Below are positions 41,323 through 49,491 of a stretch of DNA of 49,531 nucleotides, piece by piece; the first letter of the stretch is position 1; each line of letters begins with the position of its first letter. The notes beneath the pieces were generated by a model. It did no database searches. It was not told where the DNA came from and saw only the letters and a program-made list of their open reading frames with translations. This stretch comes from an uncultured Gammaproteobacteria bacterium. GTDB taxonomy: Bacteria > Patescibacteriota > Microgenomatia > UBA1406 > GWC2-37-13. The stretch spans positions 1-49,531 of the forward strand of contig CAYZRL010000001.1 in assembly GCA_964480835.1 (NCBI GenBank), in the 5' to 3' direction. The position numbers and the translations under genes were made by a program.

Positions 41323-42357
41323 ATGGCGAAAGATTATTTCGTGGTGGACATTGGCGAAACCTACACGAAGGTCGGCGACATCCATGTATCGGGCAATAAA
41401 TTTGTTGCAGATGCGCTGGGTATGGTCGCCACTGACGATCTCTTCTTTAAAAGCGATACCGAAACCTCGATTCAGAAACTTGGTGATGGTATTAAGAAGG
41501 TTGTCGATCAACTCCATATAAAAAAGAGAGCGGCTCACATTATCCTCCCGGACGCACACACCTTCAGTCGTTTTGTGGAAATGCCAAAACTCAATGAAAA
41601 GGAACTTCTTTCTGCAATTAAATATCAGGCAGATCAGTTCATACCAATGCCTCTTGACGAGACAAATATTGACATCGAGGTTGTGTACGAGAATCAAAAA
41701 GAAAATAAGCTCCTCGCACTTATCTCAGCTGCTCCGAAAAAGCTTATTCATCGGGTTGAAATTCTGATTGAACAGATCGGTCTTATCCCAGAAGCGATTG
41801 AGACCGAGATCAGTGCGATTGCCCGTGTGAGCACACAACTGTTTCGGAAGAACGCTACGACATCCGGCAAACCGGCGGTTGTACTGATTAATATGGGGAA
41901 TAACTCGACAACGGTCTACTGTTTCGATCAGTCGACCGGGATTCTAAACTACAATCATGTCTTCAATATCGGAACATCACTCTTCCTAAAAGAAATTCAG
42001 GTCAATCTAAACGTTCCAGCGAGTAAGGCAGACGAACTATTAAAGACCATAGGTATTTCAAAAAATGCGAGCTATGCGCTCGATACGGTACTTGCACCCG
42101 CGATGAAAGACTTCCTCACCGAGATTCAGAAGGCAATCAACGTCATGAACAGCACCTACGGACTGACGCTTGTAGGAGGTTTCACCATGCAGGACTCGTT
42201 ACGATTTTTCGAGATTGATAAATTACTCTCAAAAGCATTTGGGATCCCAGTTACAACGCTCGATATCTATCCGTACTTTGAAAAAAATAATATGGTCGAC
42301 TTTTTTAAAAATCAGCTTCCATACTTTATCACAACGGTTGGTGGGAATCTCGTATAG
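41323..42357 (+). CDS. pilM: type IV pilus assembly protein PilM (actin-like ATPase fold)
   Basis: The N-terminus VVDIGETYTKVG is the phosphate-1 motif. It is 344 aa with the FtsA/PilM architecture and is followed by pilN- and pilO-like genes. Confidence 0.8.
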   Translation: MAKDYFVVDIGETYTKVGDIHVSGNKFVADALGMVATDDLFFKSDTETSIQKLGDGIKKVVDQLHIKKRAAHIILPDAHTFSRFVEMPKLNEKELLSAIKYQADQFIPMPLDETNIDIEVVYENQKENKLLALISAAPKKLIHRVEILIEQIGLIPEAIETEISAIARVSTQLFRKNATTSGKPAVVLINMGNNSTTVYCFDQSTGILNYNHVFNIGTSLFLKEIQVNLNVPASKADELLKTIGISKNASYALDTVLAPAMKDFLTEIQKAINVMNSTYGLTLVGGFTMQDSLRFFEIDKLLSKAFGIPVTTLDIYPYFEKNNMVDFFKNQLPYFITTVGGNLV

Positions 42358-42390
42358 TGGCGGGAGTTGTAGTTTGTATTTTGAACCATC

Positions 42391-42966
42391 ATGAAGAAAA
42401 CTCGCATCAACCTTCTTTCCAGTAAACAGGATTACTACAAAATTGAAAGCTACTTCGGATTATTCCGGTCATTTCTTCTGGTATACAGCGTCGTGCTATT
42501 CCTCATTGTCGGAGGTCTTGGTATTTTTCTCATCATACAGTCATTCCAACTTGGATCAGCGCGGAATCAAAAGAAAAGCATTCTAAATCAACTCGCAAAC
42601 TATAAAACCGATGAAGTGAAACTCATTCGACTCTCAAAAAAGCTCAACGCCTATCATGGATATATGAAAGACGATGCTCGGTTTATCCCATACTACGAAC
42701 TCCTTGTTTCGACTCTCCAAGAGAGCAGTCAAAGCGCAACGCTCAAAGACTTCACGATCGATAAATCACGTTCGATGCAGTTTAAATTAGCATTCAATAG
42801 CTTTGATGAGATGAGTCGATCATTTCAGTTTATTGAATCAGACTCGTTTAAACAGAACTTTGAGTCGCTCGATCTCGTAGATTTTATCGGCAAAGGCACA
42901 AAGGAGACCGAAGGTTCGAGGTATGAACTTTCATTTAAAGGTATTTTTAAGGTGATTAATGAGTAA
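42391..42966 (+). CDS. pilN: PilN-like pilus assembly protein
   Basis: The N-terminal RINLLS motif is followed by a single TM helix. Size and position after pilM are typical. Confidence 0.6.
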   Translation: MKKTRINLLSSKQDYYKIESYFGLFRSFLLVYSVVLFLIVGGLGIFLIIQSFQLGSARNQKKSILNQLANYKTDEVKLIRLSKKLNAYHGYMKDDARFIPYYELLVSTLQESSQSATLKDFTIDKSRSMQFKLAFNSFDEMSRSFQFIESDSFKQNFESLDLVDFIGKGTKETEGSRYELSFKGIFKVINE

Positions 42967-43654
42967 AACAAGAAGGCCATACATACAGTTTCTCGTTCGA
43001 CAAAATGCAGTATATTTTGCGATCTTTTTCATCCTCATGCTCGTATCGGGATTTTTGGTACCGTACTTCATCGCACATATTAATCGGAGCACTACTGCAC
43101 TCAATACAGAGAACCGCGAGGTTCAACGTCTCGAAACTCGAAAGCGCATTCTTGAATCGCTCGTGAGTGAAAATAGCCAAGACATTGATCAAGATCTTGC
43201 ATTGATTACTTCACTGATTCCGGACTCCGAGGATTACTTCTCTATGATCTATTCACTTGAAAAGTTATCTCAGTCGTCTGGTTTCTCCATCAATAACTAT
43301 GTGGTGAATTTGAGCAAGTCGAGTGATAAAAAACTTTCACTCACGGTTTCGGGACAGGGGAACACCGACGCATTTCTCGCGCTCCTTCGACAGTATAATT
43401 TCGGCGGAGGCCGTCTGATTACTGCAGAGCGAATTGGGATCGATCCACTTCGTGCAGGGGAGGTTGGATTAAGTCTTAATTTTTATAATGAAAAACCGAC
43501 CATTGACGCAAATGAACAGTTGGATTTTCAGTCGTCAATCCAGGAGCTCAATGACCTAAGAGAAAAAGTTAAGTTTTCGCTCATCGATACACAGTCTACA
43601 AACCAACCAGCTCCGGTTGATTCTTACGCTACGAAACAAAATCCGTTCCAGTGA
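42959..43654 (+). CDS. pilO: PilO-like pilus assembly protein
   Basis: Single TM helix plus a coiled-coil segment (TALNTENREVQRLETRKRILESL). It overlaps the pilN-like gene by 8 nt. The call rests on position and architecture. Confidence 0.45.
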   Translation: MSKTRRPYIQFLVRQNAVYFAIFFILMLVSGFLVPYFIAHINRSTTALNTENREVQRLETRKRILESLVSENSQDIDQDLALITSLIPDSEDYFSMIYSLEKLSQSSGFSINNYVVNLSKSSDKKLSLTVSGQGNTDAFLALLRQYNFGGGRLITAERIGIDPLRAGEVGLSLNFYNEKPTIDANEQLDFQSSIQELNDLREKVKFSLIDTQSTNQPAPVDSYATKQNPFQ

Positions 43655-43677
43655 AGATGAGGGAAGAATGTGCGTCG

Positions 43678-43932
43678 TTAGATGAAGTTAATGCGATCTT
43701 TACCCTTCAGAAGTTTTGCGAAACCTTCTGACAGCTGCGCACCTTTTCCTTGCCAGTAGGCGAGCTTCTCTTTTTTGATCTGTACGGCAGGGACTTTGGT
43801 TTCATGTGGGTTATATGTCCCGATTGCTTCGATATAAGAACTGGTTCGTGGTTTTCGTTTATCAACCACGACAATTCGGTAGGTTGCATGACCTTTCTTT
43901 CCAAGTCTCATGAGTCGAACTGTTGCTGCCAT
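43678..43932 (-). CDS. rpsP: 30S ribosomal protein S16
   Basis: MAATVRLMRLGKKGHATYRIVVVDKRKPR...YIEAIGTYNP is canonical S16. Confidence 0.95.
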   Translation of the reverse strand: MAATVRLMRLGKKGHATYRIVVVDKRKPRTSSYIEAIGTYNPHETKVPAVQIKKEKLAYWQGKGAQLSEGFAKLLKGKDRINFI

Positions 43933-43938
43933 ACGATT

Positions 43939-43947
43939 ATTATATCA
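43939..43947 (-). promoter_or_regulatory. extended -10 box (TGATATAAT) 6 nt upstream of the rpsP ATG
   Basis: The minus strand reads GTGATATAAT-AATCGT-ATG. Confidence 0.5.
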
Positions 43948-43964
43948 CAAAATATGGGAAAGGG

Positions 43965-44657
43965 TTAGATTTTGAGCGTTGCTAGCGCCTGTTTCGCTGC
44001 GTGCTCTTCTGCCTCTTTTTTTGATTTACCTGTTCCGACGCCGACCTCTTTATTTTTTACGAATACCGAAACGGTAAAGGTGCGATTGTGTTCTGGCCCA
44101 TCTTCTCGTACGGTGCGGTAATCGGGCGTTTGTTTATAGCGAGCCTGCACCTTCTCTTGAAGAATGCTCTTTGCTGATAGGTACTGTTTCGTTTCGACAA
44201 TTTGCTCGAGATGATTTCCAAAGAGATGCTTTAGGACAAAGTCGTATGCAACATCAAATCCCTTATCGATGAAGATAGAGGCAATGAGCGCCTCAAAACA
44301 GTCTGCAAGGATATTAGTATTTTCACGCCCTTTTCCTGCCTCCTCACCTTTTGAAAGAAACAGATAGGTACCAAGCTGAAGCGTGCGCGCGGCATCTGCG
44401 AGACTGCCGGTCTTTACAATCGATGACTTAATTTCGGTGTAGTCACCTTCCTGCAACGTAGGGTACCGAGAGTAGAGATACATTGAGGTAATGAGCGACA
44501 GAACACTGTCACCCAGAAACTCAAGCTTTTCGTTCGAGACAAGCGAGCGAGATTTATGCTCATTGAGATACGAGCGATGGATAAATGCGTTTTCTAACAG
44601 TTTCTTATTCTTAAAGACAACACCAATCTGTTTCTCAAGTGTTCCAAAATTAATCAT
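43965..44657 (-). CDS. rnc: ribonuclease III
   Basis: The signature is EKLEFLGDSVLSL, with a C-terminal dsRBD (GPEHNRTFTVSV...GKSKKEAEEHAAKQAL). ATG 44657 is preferred over 44693. Confidence 0.9.
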   Translation of the reverse strand: MINFGTLEKQIGVVFKNKKLLENAFIHRSYLNEHKSRSLVSNEKLEFLGDSVLSLITSMYLYSRYPTLQEGDYTEIKSSIVKTGSLADAARTLQLGTYLFLSKGEEAGKGRENTNILADCFEALIASIFIDKGFDVAYDFVLKHLFGNHLEQIVETKQYLSAKSILQEKVQARYKQTPDYRTVREDGPEHNRTFTVSVFVKNKEVGVGTGKSKKEAEEHAAKQALATLKI

Positions 44658-44676
44658 AGTAATACTGGGTGGAAAA

Positions 44677-45021
44677 TTATTCAATCTTCTCATTGAGCAC
44701 CGACCCGAGCACTCCGTTTACAAACGCGTACGACTTCTCATTCCCAAATTCTCGTGCCAGGGTTACTGCCTCATCGATCACAACCTTATCGGGATTCTTC
44801 TTTTCAATGCGTAGTTCATACAGTGCAAGTCGAAGAATTGCCAGATCAACTCGCGCAATGGTCTCGAGCGGATATCGCGGTGCAAACTTCCGAATGAGCG
44901 AGTCAAGTGTTGATAGGTGTTCCTGTATCGGGGACACTTCGGGATCAACCGCCGTTTGGTCAAATCCAAGAACAAACAACTTCTGGAGGAGTTCTCGTCG
45001 TTTCTCGTGTCGACTATCCAT
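44677..45021 (-). CDS. nusB: transcription antitermination factor NusB (short)
   Basis: R.RELLQKLF..., LAILRLALYEL and VVIDEAVTLAREFGNEKSYAFVNGVLGSV are typical of NusB. Confidence 0.85.
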   Translation of the reverse strand: MDSRHEKRRELLQKLFVLGFDQTAVDPEVSPIQEHLSTLDSLIRKFAPRYPLETIARVDLAILRLALYELRIEKKNPDKVVIDEAVTLAREFGNEKSYAFVNGVLGSVLNEKIE

Positions 45022-45058
45022 AGAGGTGTGTCATTCGATGATGACCTCAATATGCGGA

Positions 45059-45208
45059 TTATTTACCACAGTACTTGCAAAGTCGATGTGGCAACTTTGG
45101 TTTTTTGCAGTTATCACACACAACCAGCTTATTCAGCTGAACTGACTTTACAATCATGCGGCGACCTTTTCGAGCCTTCGAATGTTTTCGTTTTGGTAGT
45201 GGAGCCAT
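45059..45208 (-). CDS. rpmF: 50S ribosomal protein L32 (49 aa; not in the ORF track)
   Basis: The minus-strand translation is MAPLPKRKHSKARKGRRMIVKSVQLNKLVVCDNCKKPKLPHRLCKYCGK. It has the L32 N-terminal PKRK.SK.R motif and a CxxC...CxxC zinc ribbon. Confidence 0.85.
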   Translation of the reverse strand: MAPLPKRKHSKARKGRRMIVKSVQLNKLVVCDNCKKPKLPHRLCKYCGK

Positions 45209-45214
45209 GTGATT

Positions 45215-45223
45215 ATTATATCA
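45215..45223 (-). promoter_or_regulatory. extended -10 box (TGATATAAT) 6 nt upstream of the rpmF ATG
   Basis: The minus strand reads ATGATATAAT-AATCAC-ATG, nearly identical to the rpsP promoter. Confidence 0.5.
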
Positions 45224-45236
45224 TATGCTGTAGATC

Positions 45237-45265
45237 TTGACATCAGATTCAGAAACAATTACAGT
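45237..45265 (+). promoter_or_regulatory. promoter of the stand-alone pilin gene (TTGACA-17-TACAGT)
   Basis: TTGACA at 45237-42 and TACAGT at 45260-65. This gives a ~45-nt leader with AGGGGA upstream of ATG 45315. Confidence 0.5.
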
Positions 45266-45314
45266 GAATGTATTATCAAGTTCAAAAAGTAGGGGACATT
45301 ATTATTACATATAT

Positions 45315-45866
45315 ATGAGAAAGCTTTTTCAAAAAGGGTTCACTCTTGTGGAGCTGTTAATCGTTATTGCGATCGTTGGCATTCTCGCAGTCGCTGTTCT
45401 TATTGGGCTCGACCCAGTAGAACAAGTTAATCGAGCAAATGATACGAAGCTTGTCACGACAAGTGGTGAGATCAAGGATGCGATTAATAGATACTACGCA
45501 GCGAAACTGTATTATCCATGGTGCACGAGTGAAAACTGTGCAGCATACCGAGCTCCTTGTACGAACGCTGCAAGTCAAACAAAGTTTGCAACTGCAGGAA
45601 CCTGTGGAGCAGCGGTACTCGCTGAACTTCAGGCATCTGGAGAATTAAAGTCTGCTCTGTCGCCAGACGCGTTGATTTCATTTAACCTTGCAGCGGGAGG
45701 AGCATCGTTCACCATCTCATATATCCCGAACTCTAAGAACACAAAGACTCAGTACCCAACTGCAGCGGGTATGAACGGAGTTTATACCGATGCAACGTGC
45801 GCAACTCTTGGCACTTCGGTTAACTGCACAAATGCAAGCACAACGTGCAATTACTGTGCATTCTGA
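45315..45866 (+). CDS. type IV pilin, candidate major pilin
   Basis: MRKLFQKG/FTLVELLIVIAIVGILAV. It is monocistronic, with its own promoter and a strong terminator. The C-terminal domain has 8 Cys. Confidence 0.85.
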   Translation: MRKLFQKGFTLVELLIVIAIVGILAVAVLIGLDPVEQVNRANDTKLVTTSGEIKDAINRYYAAKLYYPWCTSENCAAYRAPCTNAASQTKFATAGTCGAAVLAELQASGELKSALSPDALISFNLAAGGASFTISYIPNSKNTKTQYPTAAGMNGVYTDATCATLGTSVNCTNASTTCNYCAF

Positions 45867-45888
45867 CAATCAAACTATTAGATAGTTT

Positions 45889-45921
45889 AAAAAACCGGCT
45901 TGAACAAAGCCGGTTTTTTTT
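45889..45921 (+). terminator. Rho-independent terminator
   Basis: AACCGGCTT-GAACA-AAGCCGGTT followed by a T8 tract, 23 nt after the pilin stop. Confidence 0.85.
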
Positions 45922-45934
45922 GTACTGTAAAGAT

Positions 45935-46372
45935 ATGAGAGATGGGTTTTCGTTGATTGAAGTTATTGTTGTTACTGCAATCCTTGGAATTCTATCAATA
46001 CTCGGGATCAGCAACTTTACTACAACAATTGAGCGAAGTCGAGATGCTCGGAGAAAAGCAGACTTAAGCACTATCCAAAAAGGACTCGAATCATACTACG
46101 GTGACAACTCAGTCTATCCAGCAACCATTACAGCCGCCGATCTGTGCGCGTCGACAACAACATGCTACCTCAAGACTGTCCCCACAGATCCTTCAGGGGG
46201 GAGTAATGTATATGACTATGTGCGGGAGAATACGGGTCAGTCCTATCAACTCTATTCTACGCTCGAGCGCAACGACGATAACGGAACAGGGGTGAATCAA
46301 AATGGTTATGTTGGAACAACCTGCGGAAGTACCTGTAAGTATGGCGTTTCTAGTTCGAATGTTACTCCTTAG
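45935..46372 (+). CDS. type IV pilin / GspG-like pseudopilin
   Basis: MRDG/FSLIEVIVVTAILGIL has a very short leader peptide. RSRDARRKADLSTIQKGLESYYGDNSVYP and TDPSGG..YDY are typical of GspG-like pilins. Confidence 0.8.
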   Translation: MRDGFSLIEVIVVTAILGILSILGISNFTTTIERSRDARRKADLSTIQKGLESYYGDNSVYPATITAADLCASTTTCYLKTVPTDPSGGSNVYDYVRENTGQSYQLYSTLERNDDNGTGVNQNGYVGTTCGSTCKYGVSSSNVTP

Positions 46373-48374
46373 CAAGCTTCGCTCGTAAATCAGTTGCCGC
46401 TGTATAGTTTGGTTTCAACACGAGTGCTTTCGTAACACTCTTCTGTGCAAGCGCAAGATACTGATCATGCTCACCGGCTTTTTTCGCTTCTCCTGCAAGG
46501 ACCGAGTAATAGACCGCCTCAGAATAGGGAAGTTTAGGATCGGTTGGCGCAATAGACATTGCTGTCTGAATTGACTTGAGACCATCAAAGAGATACTGCT
46601 GATCCGAGGTAAGTTGATAGTAAATAAGATTATTCTTTGTATTGGTCTTCCAGAACTGCACGTTATACGGAGACGACTTTAATACAGCGATACCATGGAG
46701 CTGTGACTGACGCAGCGATCGATCTGCAATATCGTTCTTCCCTTGAGATGCTGCAATGAGCGCGAGGTTCGCTTCGTAGTTGGATAGCTTATCAAGATAC
46801 AACGGTTCATGATGGAGGGACTCTGCCGTATGTAGATGTTGATACGCCGTAACAATATCATCGTTAGCCTCATGCACAAGTGCTTGGGCGTACTGCATAT
46901 CCGCGATAAAGAACATAAAGAGCCATGACTGACAGAAGAGAAAAAGTATGACGACGAAGGCGACCTGCAGTTTTTGGATTGGCGCAAACGACGAGCTGCG
47001 CGCTCGACCCAGAAGATCGATAACCCCACGATTGCTCGAGACCAGCAGGATCATCGGAAGAAGAAAGAAATACAGCTGAATCACCGAGGTAGAGAAGCCA
47101 AAAAAGTTTGTCGTAAGAATAGTGACGAACGCGGCAAGAAATGAGACCGCTAACAGCTGCGTTTGCTGTGAGTCGTCACGCAGAACGGACCAGAAATACC
47201 ATAGAACAGATAGCAGATATGCTCCATACACGAGTAAACCAATGATTCCTGTCGTTGCACCAAGGTTTAGATATTCGTTGTGCGCTTTGTTATAGATATA
47301 GTCCCATTCAGAGGTGAGGTTATGCGCATTCGGGCGCGTAAAAGTATATCCAATTGCAAATGTCTCTGGTCCTGTTCCGAGGACTGGATAGCGTTTCATC
47401 AGATCAATCGCACCCATCCAAACGATCTTGCGAATATCGAGCGACTCTGTCACCTCGGACGATAATGGACGGGGAGTGGTCACCGTAGAATGCGCAGGGG
47501 AAGACGGTCGAGAAAGTGTGATGAGGGAGTCGACACGTTCAAATCCGGTCTTTACCGTTACCATCGCGACAAGACAGAGTGCGACAAATACCAACATATA
47601 CTTCGTTTGAGATCGGAGAATGGCAATCATCTTGATCTTATATAGTCCGAGGCCAAAAACGATGAGCCCGATACCAACTGACAGAAGTGCCGAACGAGAC
47701 TTGGTGGCGAGCAGACTTACAACTACCAATACAAGGTACCCGTATCCGATATACCATCGTTTCCATCGGTCAGAAAGAATCCCGTGCACGCCGATAAAGA
47801 AATGGACTGCGAGGTACGCACCGAGCCAGTTTGGTTGACCCAATGTTGAAAACATTCGCTCTGCAGGACGGAACTGATCGGTCCAACAACTGTTATTAAA
47901 CTGTCCCGTGAACACCAAGCATGAAAGATCATGACCAAAGAAGCCAGAGAGACCCCATACCATCACTACCGTAGATGAGATGAGCATGGTTGAGAGGATA
48001 GCGCGCAGATCACGTGCAGTAAAAAAATAACCAATTCCATACATGAGTACACCATACGCGACCAGTGAAAGAACTCCGCCGTTAAACCGTCCATAGTACC
48101 CAAACCATGACATATGTCGATCGATCGAGAAAAGAAATGAGAGGAACGTAATCGTGAGCAGCGTAATAAATGGTATCTGAAAGGGGAGTCGGGGAATTAC
48201 TATCTTTTTTGTTCGGATCATCGAGAATGCAATGATGCAGAAGATGGTTACCGACGAGGCATAGATCATATTCATTTTGTTCAGCTCAAACAACTCCGAA
48301 GTGGATGAGAGAACCAGTAAGGGAGTTAGGAAAAACAGGTTATAATAAATGAATCGACCAATTTTTCGAAGCAT
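46362..48374 (-). CDS. polytopic Wzy_C (O-antigen ligase / O-oligosaccharyltransferase-like) membrane protein with C-terminal TPR-like repeats
   Basis: At least 10 predicted TM helices. A KSRSALLSVGIGLIVFG segment and a large loop are typical of Wzy_C proteins. The helical-repeat C-terminus is (YAQALVHE..., LALAQKSVTKALVLKPNY). It overlaps the pilin gene 3' end convergently by 11 nt. Confidence 0.6.
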   Translation of the reverse strand: MLRKIGRFIYYNLFFLTPLLVLSSTSELFELNKMNMIYASSVTIFCIIAFSMIRTKKIVIPRLPFQIPFITLLTITFLSFLFSIDRHMSWFGYYGRFNGGVLSLVAYGVLMYGIGYFFTARDLRAILSTMLISSTVVMVWGLSGFFGHDLSCLVFTGQFNNSCWTDQFRPAERMFSTLGQPNWLGAYLAVHFFIGVHGILSDRWKRWYIGYGYLVLVVVSLLATKSRSALLSVGIGLIVFGLGLYKIKMIAILRSQTKYMLVFVALCLVAMVTVKTGFERVDSLITLSRPSSPAHSTVTTPRPLSSEVTESLDIRKIVWMGAIDLMKRYPVLGTGPETFAIGYTFTRPNAHNLTSEWDYIYNKAHNEYLNLGATTGIIGLLVYGAYLLSVLWYFWSVLRDDSQQTQLLAVSFLAAFVTILTTNFFGFSTSVIQLYFFLLPMILLVSSNRGVIDLLGRARSSSFAPIQKLQVAFVVILFLFCQSWLFMFFIADMQYAQALVHEANDDIVTAYQHLHTAESLHHEPLYLDKLSNYEANLALIAASQGKNDIADRSLRQSQLHGIAVLKSSPYNVQFWKTNTKNNLIYYQLTSDQQYLFDGLKSIQTAMSIAPTDPKLPYSEAVYYSVLAGEAKKAGEHDQYLALAQKSVTKALVLKPNYTAATDLRAKLAKE

Positions 48375-48375
48375 A

Positions 48376-49437
48376 ATGCATTTTATACAAAAAATTCAAA
48401 AAGTGCGCGTTCCTCTTCTCAGCTCAATGAATGTGGCCATCGATCTTGGCACCGTTCAGATGCGAATCGGCATTCGTGATAAGGGAATTAATCTCGATGA
48501 GCCTATGATAACAGCGCGTAACCTCCGGACAAATGAATATGTGTTTTTTGGATCAGAAGCAAAATCGATTGTTGGGAAGGTCCCGGAGTACATCAAGATT
48601 GAGAAACCGATGGTAAACTCGGTTATCTCGAGTTTTGATGGGTCAGTGGCGCTCGTGCAGAAAAATATGAGTAGAGCGGTCGCACCCTATCTTCACTCAT
48701 ATCCGTTCATCAAACCAGGACTCCACATTCACACCGCCGTTCCATCAACCGCAACAGAGATCGAGCAGAAAGCGGTCGAGGAAGTGCTGTACAAATGTGG
48801 CGCCTCAGAGGTCTCCATTTACGAAAAGGCGATTGTTACCGGTATCGGATGCGGATGTAATGTGTTCATTCATCATCCCGTGTGCATTATCGATATGGGA
48901 GGAGGGCTCATTGAGATCTCTATTCTGAGTGGTGGAGGCGTTGTACTTCAAAAAACACTGAATACCGCTGGAGAGCATATGAACAAACTTGTGTATAACT
49001 ATCTCTACCTTAAACATGGAATAGTTCTTGGAGAGAACACCTGCGAGGAAATGAAGAAGACGCTTGTCACGTTCGGAGATGAAGAAAAGGTGATGCAGGT
49101 TCGGGGTAAGTCTCTCGAGACAGGACTACCGAAGTCCATCAAGGTACGTTCTGCAGATATTAAGGAAGCGCTCCTCACATCGTTTAACCACATCCTCGAC
49201 GCAATGAAAGAGGTCATCGAGCTTGCACCTCCTGAGGTTGTTGACGAGCTCTACAAAAACGGAGTGTTACTCACCGGTGGACTCGCAAACATTCCTCAGA
49301 TCGAGCAGTACTTCACAAAAGAGCTCAATCTACCGGTGAAGATTGCGGAGCAGAGGCAGCATGCTACCATTAACGGAATCCTCAAAGTGAGCCGTCGGGC
49401 AGAGCAGGTGCAACGACTTCGCATACAACTCCCATAA
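48376..49437 (+). CDS. mreB: MreB-like actin homolog (rod-shape protein family)
   Basis: VAIDLGT (phosphate 1), IIDMGGGLIEISIL (phosphate 2) and VLLTGGLANIP (adenosine motif). The start is uncertain (ATG 48349, 48376 or 48427). Confidence 0.8.
   Translation: MHFIQKIQKVRVPLLSSMNVAIDLGTVQMRIGIRDKGINLDEPMITARNLRTNEYVFFGSEAKSIVGKVPEYIKIEKPMVNSVISSFDGSVALVQKNMSRAVAPYLHSYPFIKPGLHIHTAVPSTATEIEQKAVEEVLYKCGASEVSIYEKAIVTGIGCGCNVFIHHPVCIIDMGGGLIEISILSGGGVVLQKTLNTAGEHMNKLVYNYLYLKHGIVLGENTCEEMKKTLVTFGDEEKVMQVRGKSLETGLPKSIKVRSADIKEALLTSFNHILDAMKEVIELAPPEVVDELYKNGVLLTGGLANIPQIEQYFTKELNLPVKIAEQRQHATINGILKVSRRAEQVQRLRIQLP
48382..48387 (-). promoter_or_regulatory. -10 box (TATAAA, TG-extended) 7 nt upstream of ATG 48374
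   Basis: The minus strand reads TGTATAAA-ATGCATT-ATG. Confidence 0.4.
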
Positions 49438-49462
49438 GATCGTTCCGGGTAGAAAATTCTCA

Positions 49463-49491
49463 TTGACTTTCGTTCGTAAATTGAATACAAT
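49463..49491 (+). promoter_or_regulatory. candidate promoter (TTGACT-17-TACAAT) for a gene beyond the window end
   Basis: TTGACT at 49463-68 and TACAAT at 49486-91. Confidence 0.4.
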
